This document shows, in pieces, positions 1 to 10,883 of a stretch of 64,000 nt of DNA. Position numbers and translations under genes: made by a program. This DNA is from Octopus sinensis. Taxonomy: Eukaryota. The notes beneath the pieces were generated by a model. The model saw only the letters and a program-made list of their open reading frames with translations, did no database searches and was not told where the DNA came from. Positions within the stretch are counted from its first letter, which is position 1. Every line of letters starts with the position of its first letter. Location: positions 165,912,001 to 165,976,000 of the forward strand of contig NC_042997.1 of assembly GCF_006345805.1 (NCBI RefSeq). Direction: 5' to 3'.

Positions 1-105
1 AAGGCAAAGTCGACCTCAACAGAATTTAAGCTTAGAATGTAAGCATGGATGAAATGCCTCTAAGCATTTCGCCCGGCATGCGAATGATTCTGCCAGCTCG
101 TTGCC
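1..105 (-). mobile_element. tRNA-derived SINE family A, 5' part
   Basis: Reverse complement matches the head of family A copies at 6988, 26303 and 63165 (GGCGAGCTGGCAGAA...TTCAAATTCCGCCGAGGTCGACTTTGCC). Confidence 0.8.
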
Positions 106-296
106 TTTTCTTTTCGAAATATTAAAAACACTTTCAATATGGTGTGACTTCGTCGCCAACCAAAAGAAGAGGTGAGAAAAGGCTTTGAAAGGGAAATTGC
201 TTTTCACCGTCAATTTCTCATCTCAAATTTTTCACACACACACGCACGCACGCACGCCCCCCACTCACCACCACATACATACACAGTATTGTAGTA

Positions 297-481
297 TCAA
301 CAGTAATAAGAGCAGCAGCAGTTGTAACAACAATAACAACAACAACAGCAGCAATGATCAAGAAAAAAACAAGATGAAAAAACAAATTGTTCAAACAACA
401 CACCTGCAAATTCGCTCGCCGCTGCCACCACCACCACCACCACCACCACCACCACCACCACCACCACCACCACCACCATTA
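297..481. repeat. Compound (CAA)/(CAG)/(CCA)n microsatellite
   Basis: Direct reading; source of the poly-N and poly-P ORFs. Confidence 0.95.
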
Positions 482-539
482 TAATGCCAACAGTAATACT
501 CAAAACAACAAAAGTTACAAGTTCTGTGTTGGCAGTTTC

Positions 540-1870
540 GCCACTGTTGTGCGCTAGTCACGTGGAAGCATAAAATTATCTGGATGATTTTAAGAAGTTG
601 GAGAATATGACACTGTAGAAATGAAATTCTCTACGAAGGACAAGGGTAGGAAACATTGAACATGAACAATATGAAATGACGAACTGGATCTCATATCTAT
701 ATAACTTGGCCACTGAGTGGTGAAAGCAGAAACTGGGATGTGCTCCTAGAAATAGTCATCTGCTGGTTGATGGCGACTGTCCTCCTGGCCATAAGAGAGA
801 AACCCAACATCCTGCGGGTTCAGATTCTGCAGAAACATAACTGGTAGGGCAAAATGATGGGAGTTGTTAATCTAGACAGATCGAGAAAATGTCAAATCAA
901 TCTCAGACTAAATAAACCTGTTAGACGGCACAAAATTTGACGAGGTGGTTGAGAGCAGAAGGTCGAGGCGTTACCTGTTTTGTGCAGTGACACAAACTAC
1001 CTCAAGGCTTTCTGCCCTATAACAAAGGAGAAAAGAGAGAGACTGCCACGACGACGACGACGACGACCACACCACCACCACCACCACCACCACAGCAACA
1101 ACAGCAGCAGCAGCAACAACAGCAGCAGTGAGAGTAGCAACAGTACAAACTGAGGCAAGTGGTCACAGAAGCAGGAATAAAACTAGCAGTCATGAAAACA
1201 GCAGTAACAGCAGCTGCAGCAATAGTTACTGCAGCTTCTACAGTAACAACAGCAGCAAAAACAACAGCATCAACAGTGGAAAAAAAGCAGCAACTAAAAG
1301 AACAGAAAACACACCTGCATCAAGGGCCACTGCATCACAGATAGCAACCGCGACATCAAGCTTCAGAAACCTTCAAAATAACAACAATTTCATATAAAAC
1401 CACCAAAAACCTCCTCTTAGACATGCTCCTCCCCGTTTCGGATCACTTAGACAGGTTGTTGTTGTTGTTGTTGTTAAGCAACAAGACGGGTAAGGGTTAT
1501 TAGGTGATGGTCTAGGGCTTAGGGGCGGGAGACCCCAGACCTTGGGGAAAAAAAAAAACTTTGGTCGTCTTGTTGTAGTCGAGGGCTCTTCGTTGACGCC
1601 CGACACCACTGGGAGGTGGCCCTCGAAGTCGCTGGAAATGGAGATCACCAGGTCCAAATTTTTGAACGGCACTTAGACAGGTTGTATAATGAAGGAGACG
1701 GTGAGGTGACTAAAAGGCAAAAAGTTACCAAGGTAAAGCAGAAAGGAAAACGAAACACACCTACACAAAATGATATGAACAAATGGCACATGTGAACAAA
1801 AGAGGAGTGCCTTTGAGCAACAATACTCAAACACCACTCACAAAAGAAACTACACCAATACTGTCAACAA
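540..1870 (+). mobile_element. Tx1/L1-type LINE ORF1 relic
   Basis: Degenerate VE.RR..C..C....(H)LKAFCP zinc knuckle near 950-1020, matching the intact knuckle at about 35750; lies upstream of an APE-RT ORF2 relic. Confidence 0.6.
1460..1669 (-). mobile_element. 5'-truncated retroposed element (family F) with (AAC)n tail and 16-bp TSD
   Basis: CACTTAGACAGGTTGT at 1444-1459 and 1670-1685; the body matches 42260-42470. Confidence 0.85.
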
Positions 1871-2439
1871 CATCACCACCATCACCGGTGATGATCTTAT
1901 TGATTGAATAATAAAATAATTTTATTGATCTTTCGATTTCAAAGTTTTTAGATTTAATATCTATTAAAGGTAGAATTCCTATTAAATTTAATTCTAATCC
2001 TATTCATATTATTAATCAGTGAGAAGATGATAGAGATATAATTGTACCTATAACTATCATGACTAGCACAACATAATTCACACACACAATAGTTACGTCA
2101 CACAACTTCAACACAAACAAAATTTAATTACTAACTACATTGTCATAAGCACAAGCAACAAAGCACTAATGAAGTATATGCACAACCAAACAGACATCAA
2201 TCAGAGCGATTTTATCATACGAACAAACAACACACTAATACGGATAAAAATCATCCAAACAACAAAAATACATACGACTCTATAAACATCAACTATCCCA
2301 ATAGGTTTCAGAAAAAATATCAAGAAAAGTTTCTATAAAGAACTGCTCGTGGAATCTAATCAGAGAGGTGGAATATCTATCCCACTGCACCCCCAAATCT
2401 CAATAAGTAGTTCTGTCCTTTTTCCTTCTTTCTCGTTGT

Positions 2440-4700
2440 TTAACATAGCCTTACTTAGAATAGTCAGTATAAATGCACGCTGACCCAGAGTCGCCTTGGA
2501 AACAGGGCCACCTACTCCACGATCTATGGTCTCTAAATATAGATGTTGTCTTCATCAGCGAGACCAGACTTTCAAATCGACAAACTTTCATGCCTATTTT
2601 TAGTGGATGCAATATTTACTTGTCTCATGTGTATAGGGAATGGGAAGTGAAACTGCAGTATTGTTCAGAAAATGACTGGTCATAATAAGGACCATCTTCT
2701 TGGATTCAGAAGTTGGTGATCCTGGATGTGAACAGTAGCGACAAGAGTCCTTTCAGACAGGTAGCTACTTATGCTCGGACAGGGGCAGCCGGATTTCTTT
2801 AGGCATCTGGGGGTTTTTCTCGGAAGTCCTGACCCTGATTAGAATGCCACCTTGGATTCACATTTGGATTGTATGTGTACGGTGGCTGATAGAAGAGCTG
2901 GGTGCAAAAGCCTCGCAAACCTGCTTAGAGGTTTACAATTGTCTGACTGGTACCGACTGAATTTCCCGAATGTGCTTAAACCGCATCATGTAATCTAGGC
3001 CGTATCTACACAATGTATACTGTAGGCCACTTTTTTAAATCATCGGCTACACAGACTAGAAATTTGTGCTTTGTGCGGTCGACCTATCTAAGCTTCATAG
3101 CAGGGACCCGGTTATTGAAAGCTGAATGTCTTATTACCGGCGTGCCAAGCTTACAGAGACCGGATTAGCGAATTAGTTAAACGGGCATTGACGGAATCAG
3201 TCGCCAACAACAAATGGTAGCTTGCCCTGAAATAGACGGTTAGATTGGAATCGATTAGGTTTAGTAATGTCGCAGCAACAGAAATAAATAGAGAGATATT
3301 TTGTTAAAAACTTAGAAGCGGTGCTTAGGGAAAGCATCGAAACCGACATGCTCACAGTGTGATTGGCTCTCGATCAACGTTAAGCACGAAAGAAAGTCAC
3401 CCGATGTGCTTGTGTGACGGAAGCACAATTCGGTCTTTGTTGGAGCAAAATGGGAACATGCTACTCGAGCCCGAGAAGATGTGTATGGCATTTCAGCAGC
3501 ACTTCGCTCAACCGTTTGAGATAAATAGTGGATTGAAACGTAGGATGATTTCAGTACTTTCTCCGACAACCTGCTACGACTCTCAGCAAGGGAAGTTGAG
3601 CGTTGCGAAAAGCCCAAACAGCCGGGAAAGTATGAGAATCGATGATCAGCTGCACGGGAGCTAATGGCCTGCCTTACCACAGCAAGCTATGTGGCCACCT
3701 TTTTTTGGCTGAGAAGGGTAGGCAGAGTTTATCCGCTCAATGGCCTTAGCGAAAGAGGTAGTGTGGTGGACCATATTGAAAGGGCTGAAGACAGACACTT
3801 TCCTCTTTGGTCAATCCCTCGTCAACTTTTTCAAGTTTCACTTGAAAAAGAAAGTGAGGATGGAGAGGGAAGTGTTGTCTTCCAGCAATTTTATAGAAAG
3901 GTGAGTAAATGTGGGAAGTGGCGACCAGACAATTTGCCGTAAACAAATTCGCGTAGGACAATTGGCCGTAGCACTATTCGCCGTAAGACAATTCACCGAA
4001 CGAATATTTCGCTGCAAGGAAATTTTGTCGTAAATCTTAGAAACTTGAAATTGCGTCGTTAATTAAATAAAGTAGATAAAGGAATAGTATTTACGGCAGT
4101 CATTTTCGGTAATTGCTGAAATGATAATTTAAAAACAGAAAGGTCGTTTAAATCTGAGAAAGGTCATTTCTCAATGTCTTGAGAAATGAAGAATCTCTTT
4201 CTAAAAAGAAGGTAAACGGACCAGCAAGAGGAGAAACCGCAACCAAGAAAAAATACAAAGATGTTTATAAGCGCATACCAAGCATTGTCAGGTGTTACGA
4301 TCAAAATCAAAAACATTATTTGCGTGCAATTGCAATGAACTTAAATGATTCTTAGCTTTTTAGTTTTTTAGCTTAACTTTTTAAATAAAGTGTATGATGT
4401 CCATTATTTTTATTTTTAGTTTTTATCCTTCTCTTATGCTTTACTACAAAATGTCCTTGCGGGGAAATATCTGTACGGTGATTGTCTTACGGTGATTGTC
4501 TTACGGCGAATAGTTTACGGCCAATCGTCCTACGGTAAAATACCTAGATCAGTGGGAAGGATGGTTCGAGTGAACGGGCCTACTCTAAGCATACACCTGT
4601 AGATTGAAGGAAGCAGACGAAGAGAGGGCAAGTTCCCTCTTCTAGTGTTAGAAGGTCAGAGCAACCGTGATTTAGTGGGTTTCCACGAATACCCCTAAGA
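2440..4700 (+). mobile_element. Tx1/L1-type LINE ORF2 relic (APE, partial RT region, 3' end), interrupted by a MULE insert
   Basis: SPWKQGHLL.DL.SLNIDVVFISETR endonuclease start, similar to 32981; the flanks of the MULE rejoin to match 55190-55260. Confidence 0.85.
3919..4551 (+). mobile_element. Non-autonomous MULE-like DNA transposon with modular subterminal inverted repeats
   Basis: 8-bp TSD GTGGGAAG (3911-3918, 4552-4559); arrays of an approximately 16-bp GACAATT(C/G)GCCGTA unit inverted at the two ends; internal frame 4173-4355 KKKYKDVYKRIPSIVRCY...YLRAIAMNL resembles MULE transposase C-termini. Confidence 0.75.
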
Positions 4701-4839
4701 AGTCATCCTCTTTGAGGGAATTATTCATTGTTGAAATTATTCTTACTGTTCTTTTATGGAACACTACATTCTATTGTTCTGCACCGCCCCCAATGTTTTG
4801 TGAATCCTTTAGTAATTAATAAAGAAAACATTATTGTTA

Positions 4840-4840
4840 A

Positions 4841-4879
<39 letters not shown>

Positions 4880-5029
4880 AACAACTACTACTACTGCTGC
4901 TGCTGCTGCTACTGCTGCTGCTACTGCTGCTGCTGCAGCTCCTCTTCCACCTGCCCCTCCTTCTCCTCCTCCTACTGCTGCTGCTCCCCCTCCCCTCCTC
5001 CTACTACCACCACCACCACCTCCACCACC

Positions 5030-5072
<43 letters not shown>

Positions 5073-5136
5073 TCACCACCACCACCACCACCACCACCAC
5101 CACCACCACCACCACCACCAACCACCACCACCACCA

Positions 5137-5177
<41 letters not shown>

Positions 5178-5222
5178 TTACTACTACTACTACTACTACT
5201 GCTACTACTACTACTATTTTTA
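4840..5222. repeat. Compound (ACT)/(GCT)/(CCA)n microsatellite
   Basis: Direct reading; source of several low-complexity ORFs. Confidence 0.95.
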
Positions 5223-5584
5223 TAATAAATGCCAATATTTTCTATTCGGACAAATTGAAAGGTGTAAGTCAAGGAAGATACTGGGTTGAAACCACTGATG
5301 TACGTGTTTATGCTTTCTGGTGTGCGTCTCCGCGTTAGGTATATATCTATCAGGCACAAAGTATACAGCCACTGTAAAGAAAGAACACGAAACGTGAAGC
5401 ATTGTAAACATAGGCATAGGAGTGGCTGTGTGGTAAGTAGCTTGCTTACGAACCCATGGTTCCGGGTTCAGTCCCACTGCGTGGCACCTTGGGCAAGTGT
5501 CTTCTACTATAGCCTCGAGCCGACCAAAGCCCTGTGAGTGGATTTGGTAGACGGAAACAGAAAGAAGCCCTTCGTATATATATG

Positions 5585-5647
<63 letters not shown>

Positions 5648-5681
5648 AGTGAATTGAAGAAATGGAGTTGAACGAAGATTG

Positions 5682-5799
5682 AACAGAAATCGTTTTATTG
5701 CATTCTACACGTGTTTCGAAAGCCACAATTTACCAAATTCCGATTGAATAAGGAGACCATATTGTGTCTTTCTCTTCAGGAAGAAATAGGAATTCCGTT
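5682..5799 (-). ncRNA. Type I hammerhead ribozyme motif (mirror copy)
   Basis: Reverse complement of 6049-6166; the single difference converts an A-U pair in distal stem I to G.U. Confidence 0.7.
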
Positions 5800-6048
5800 G
5801 GCAAAAACAAAAACAGAACAGAGGCGCAGCAAAACAAATCGAACGAGGCTCCTAAGAGCCCATGGCCAAACTGTTTATCAATGTATGTTGAAATCGGGTG
5901 GTGGGAATGACCGCTGCCTGACCTGTTAAAATCTTCAACGCACCCAGCACCCGATTTCAACATACATTGATAAACAGTTTGGCCATGGGCTCTTAGGAGC
6001 CTCGTTCGATTTGTTTTGCTGCGCCTCTGTTCTGTTTTTGTTTTTGCC

Positions 6049-6166
6049 AACAGAATTCCTATTTCTTCCTGAAGAGAAAGACACAATATGGTCTCCTTAT
6101 TCAATCGGAATTTGGTAAATTGTGGCTTTCGAAACACGTGTAGAATGCAATAAAACGATTTCTGTT
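6049..6166 (+). ncRNA. Type I hammerhead ribozyme motif, canonical core
   Basis: CUGAAGA 6069-6075; stem II GAAAG/CUUUC extended by CACAAU/AUUGUG; GAAA 6131-6134; palindromic stem III ACACGUGU; GUA cleavage triplet ending at 6142; stem I UUC/GAA plus AACAGAA/UUCUGUU. Confidence 0.75.
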
Positions 6167-6357
6167 CAATCTTCGTTCAATTCCATTTCTTCAATTCACT
6201 AATAATATTAAAATTCAATTATCCGCACCAACGCACGGTTGCAACACCATATGGTTGTACCTCGAACCGTGCTGTCTTATGCTGTGATTTTTGCTACCAA
6301 GGTATCGGTTAAACTTTTGATTAATCTGCAACAAGATTATTCATCTTTCTATTTCAC

Positions 6358-6420
<63 letters not shown>

Positions 6421-6422
<2 letters not shown>

Positions 6423-6538
6423 CCTGCTCGCTTAGTCAGCGGGGTGGCGTCATTCGAAGGCTAAAACAATGCGAACGCATTGTGACAAGCGATGTGTAAC
6501 TACATCTGATGGACTGGTCGGTCACGTGATCACGTGAT
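6421..6538 (+). mobile_element. SINE family C 3' fragment embedded in (TA)n
   Basis: Matches the 3' part of the tRNA-headed copy at 62491-62778. Confidence 0.8.
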
Positions 6539-6548
6539 ATATATATAT

Positions 6549-6601
<53 letters not shown>

Positions 6602-6987
6602 GTTTGTGTGTCTGTTTTTGTCCCCCAAACATCGCTTGACAACCGATGCTGGTGTGTTTGCGTCCCCGTAACTTAGCGGTTCGGCAAAAGAGACCGATAG
6701 AATAAGTACTAGGCTTACAAAGTCCTGGGTCGATTTGCTTGACTAAAGTCGGTGCTCCAGCATGGTCACAGTCACATGACTGAAGCAAGTAAAATAGATT
6801 GGAATTGATAATTTTGGTTAAATTATAAAAGATGATAATATGAAAAGTACAGAGGTATTTTGAAGTTAGGTTCCGGATACACCCGAAGGTATTATGATAG
6901 CAGTTTCTTTTATTACCGGAAAGGTAACTGGGGATAAAGAGTAGGTTGAACTCTTTAACTTCAATGCACAGCATCCCTCATCGTGTC

Positions 6988-7216
6988 GGTGGCGAGCTGG
7001 CAGAACCGTTAGCACGCCGGGCGGAATGCGTAGCCGTATTTCGTCTGCCGTTACGTTCTGAGTTCAAGTTCCGCCGAGGTCGACTTTGCCTTTCATCCTT
7101 CCGGGGTCGATAAATTAAGTACCAGTTACGCACTGGGGTCGATGTAATCGACTTAATCCGTTTGTCTGTCCTTGTTTGTCCCCTCTGTGTTTAGCCCCTT
7201 GTGGGTAATAAAGAAA
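6988..7216 (+). mobile_element. SINE family A, full length
   Basis: A-box-like TGGCAGAA and B-box-like GAGTTCAAGTTCC; ends CCCCTTGTGGGTAATAAAGAAA. Confidence 0.9.
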
Positions 7217-7995
7217 CAGATATCGTACTATATAACCACAGGCTTACTGCTATAGAAGGCCATTATTTCCAATTACTACCTGTAAGGGCTTTGGTATGAA
7301 AAGAAAGAATACTACGACTGACCGGAAGTCGAGGAGGCAAATTAAGGCATGAATGAGAAAACGAGAGATAAAACTTCTACGTAGGTAACGTTATGTAAAC
7401 AGCCTAAGTAAACATTCTAATCAACAAATCAACGTGCTTAAGATTAACAATGGATCTTTGTGCCTTTCGTCACTGTTTACAATTTTGTTCCAATTGTTTT
7501 TAAATTTGGTATATGGGTTACGTTTTGTATACTAACTATGAAAATGAAATTCATTTTTCCTATAAATACATAATTAAAAAAGTTATCAACTTTCAAAATT
7601 TGCAAAATTTGGTTATTTAAGCCAATCAGAAGCGAATATTTAACAAATCATCGTGGCGAAAAACTCTGTTTCCATAGTAACCAAAGAGGAGAAGGAGATA
7701 CGAGAAAAATAATCTTCTACTACAATAAATACCCTTGTGTTTTTCTCCGTCACAACATATGAATGAGAAAGGAAGGGGCGATAGAAGAATAAAGAAGGGG
7801 TGATGGCAAACTGATGGGATGGTGAACATTCAACGCTGAAAAGAAAAATCAAACAGCTTGTCAACTCTGTGTGAGTATATGTGTATAGTGTATATGAGTG
7901 TGCATGTACAAGGGAAGTATGTGAATGAATGTGAACATTGACGAGTGTATTAGTTTGATTTACCATCCATATTTATATATAAAATACTACAATTA

Positions 7996-8026
7996 GCTGT
8001 CATTTTGACGGCACGGGGCCAGCTAG
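7996..8026 (+). mobile_element. Helitron-like 3' end
   Basis: Hairpin GCTGTCA/TGACGGC followed 10 nt later by CTAG|T; the 5' end was not located. Confidence 0.4.
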
Positions 8027-8925
8027 TTTATTTTATAAAATCCTAGAGTGTATTGCAAACTTTCGTTCTTGAATTTTTTAAACTAATAAATGTCTGTTTT
8101 AAACAATGTTTTGACTGTTATTTCTAGCAACTCCTGTTGGTTTGTTTGTTTGTAGCTTTCAAACATTTAATTTGCTCGCAAAAGTTTTAATGTTAACTTC
8201 ATTCGTGTATATTTTAATGTTTTGACTGTTATTTCCAGCAATGTTTTGACATGCTGATGCTCCCCCACCCCCGATGAGGCAGCGAACGCGCTGTTTTCTG
8301 ATTGGCTGAAAATTCTGAAAATGATCAAACTTTGAACACCTGTAACATTTTCGCAAAATTTTTCTGGAATAAATAAATAACTAATTCGGATTCAGCGTCA
8401 AAAATTACATCTATATGATGCATTAAAATTTTTTTTAAAGATAATTGTAAACGGTGACGAAACCCACAAAGATCCATAACAATGTTACCATATGCTTCAA
8501 GTTTGCAACTCACTAGCTTGACATAACTCCAGATTTACTTAACATGTCATTATGTAAAACGAGACAACACTTAAATTGTGTAATTAATCCTTTAGTATTA
8601 AAATCTTGTTTAATCCTGATACAAGTAAGATTATTAGTTACCTCAAAAATTCCTTTCTGTTATTTTTTTCTGAACGTTGCTATTTGTGTTGCAAACACGC
8701 TATATCCTAGTCTATTAGACTTGGATATAGTAACGCATCGTTGCTACATTAATCTGAAACTCACTAATCTAATCTAATTGTTATGCATTAGTAACTAGAT
8801 TTATTACAAAAACTCAACCAAAATATACAAATAATTACTCCTTACCGCTCCTGGTAGCCTCCAAATTCCTAGAGTAAATTTTGAACAATAAATATTCAAA
8901 GAAACTATAATTTGGAACGAAAATA

Positions 8926-9734
8926 TCTCTCTCTATATAAAATGCAGTTTGTCTGTCTGTGTATCTGTCAGGTTGTACCCTTACCCTGACCACGGCTTTC
9001 AACCGATTCTGATGAAACTTGACACACACATAGCCCAATGTCATAATTCAAAACTAACGCAGCGAAAATTTTGAAAAGTTCCCCCAGTTCTGAAAAAATC
9101 GATAAATTCGACATGGGGTCGAGAATTTAAGCTTATCATATGCAACACATTTTCCGTTGTAGTTTTCGCAACTTGCAATCGATTTTCACTAAACTCATGG
9201 TGAAGCTTAATGTTACCCTAAGGAACTTAATTCTGACGTTAGTTTTCCATGCAATACCTTACCATCAGAAAAAAATCGATAAAATCATGCCATTTTGGGA
9301 AATCGCGTTCAAATTCACGTTGACATATTTTCGACAATATCTTTAACAAACTGGCAGGAATTTTTTTTGAAATTCACAGCTATATGGCCTTTTGATTCCA
9401 ATAGAATACGTTATTACTGGAAAAAATCGGTTAATTACATCATATGTGGCACACATAGCAAACTGATTTTTCTGCGATATTTTTTGAAAGTTCACATAGA
9501 TTTTCCCTACACCGATGCTGGACATCAAGTTTGCATTAAATGTCAAACTAACGACCTTTTGTCAATGCAATTAACAAGTATTGGGAGAAATCAACAAAAC
9601 CATATCACTTTGAGACCGACCATGATTTTACAAAATAACGGTTCAATGAGTACAAAAAAGGATAAAAAGGTAAAGGGCATTGCTTATCGACAAAGTTTCT
9701 TACATACCCGGGCAACGCCGGGCTATGCTGCTAG
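8926..9734 (+). mobile_element. Non-autonomous Helitron
   Basis: A|TC start, 3' hairpin CCCGG-gcaacg-CCGGG (9707-9722), CTAG|T end, no TSD. Confidence 0.8.
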
Positions 9735-10375
9735 TTATCTATATATCTACGACAGTTGCCAAGAAGATCTAATTTCTTACTTTTCCACAAATTCCCAAGG
9801 GAACTAAATTCACAAGACGCTAACAAAGGACTACAATTATTCCCCATGAGAAGATCTCTAATTTATCAAAATACTTTATTCGCAAACGAGACTTATGAAT
9901 TATCTAATACAGACTTAACTATTCTAACTTTTTTATATACAAGCAAACACATTGTATCTTATACTAGATATAAACCCCATTGAGTTCCCCATCGATATAT
10001 ATATATATATATTTATACCAAGTAAGTTAGGGGTTGTGGATCCAACCCTCTAAGGGATAATACTTATCCAATATACTCTTGGTATACTACCCAAATTATT
10101 AATACACAAGTATTTTTAATTGCAATGCAATAAACTTACTTATTGTATTAAATGGGTGAAGGTAAAGAAATATTTTACCATTAATTTATACTACAAATAA
10201 GAAAACACATTAGTTGGTTTATCAAATTTAGGATATTAGAATGTTGCCTTATTTAATTATCAAAACTACAACCATAATACCATTCATATATACAGTATAA
10301 AATTCAATACATTTAGGAAAAGAATACAAGTAGTTATTAAAAAAAAACATTAATATAAATTGTTAGATTCATTAA

Positions 10376-10503
10376 AATCACTTACAGCTGTTTCAGCCTA
10401 TGGAAAAAAGTAATTTTTTGTACCTATACTTGTCAATTATATTGAAGTTGTAGGCATATAAAAATGGGGTACTTATATATATCCATAGGCCTCGTCAGAG
10501 ATT
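10376..10503 (-). ncRNA. Type I hammerhead ribozyme motif with long loop II
   Basis: Minus strand: CUGACGA (10498-10492); 10-bp stem II GGCCUAUGGA/UCCAUAGGCU; GAAA; palindromic stem III ACAGCUGU; GUA triplet; short, bulged stem I. Confidence 0.65.
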
Positions 10504-10794
10504 ATAAAGTACTTTTAAAATATAAATATATACATGAAACAGGATACACGTACAATTTAATATATATATATAAAATATATCCATATATACATACACATAT
10601 ATAAATACATAAGCAAATATATGCACCTGTACATGTATATAAATACATAAATAGGCACAATTAAACATACGTACAAGCATATAGACAATTAATTATATAC
10701 ATATATATACATATATACTGGAACATACATATACATCGATATCCATCGATATCCATGAATACACATATAATATTTAATTATTACCAATATTACT

Positions 10795-10799
10795 ACTAC

Positions 10800-10880
<81 letters not shown>
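10795..10880. repeat. (TAT)n microsatellite at the 3' junction of the R4/Dong element
   Basis: Direct reading. Confidence 0.95.

Positions 10881-10883
<3 letters not shown>

Larger units (their letters stand above)
5640..6208. repeat. Near-perfect palindrome with arms of about 266 bp; PLE pseudo-LTR-like inverted pair
   Basis: Arms 5640-5905 and 5943-6208 with about 3 mismatches and a 37-bp spacer; identical ORFs on both strands in the track; each arm carries a hammerhead motif and AATAAA. Confidence 0.9.
5413..6797 (+). mobile_element. SINE family B split at its central (TA)n tract (5' half 5413-5578, 3' half about 6597-6797)
   Basis: Both halves match the contiguous copy at 51808-52193. 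Confidence 0.8.

Noticed and set aside
185-5537. Long poly-P, poly-L, poly-V and poly-S ORFs in the ORF track
   Set aside because: They are translations of trinucleotide microsatellites, open in several frames on both strands; the same applies to the YI, HT, CV and MYVC repeat ORFs elsewhere.
7540-8420. Inverted CCAAT-containing motifs (AGCCAATCAGAA at 7620, TTCTGATTGGCT at 8296) as a promoter or transposon ends
   Set aside because: The match is only about 12 bp; no TIR, TSD or downstream gene could be defined.
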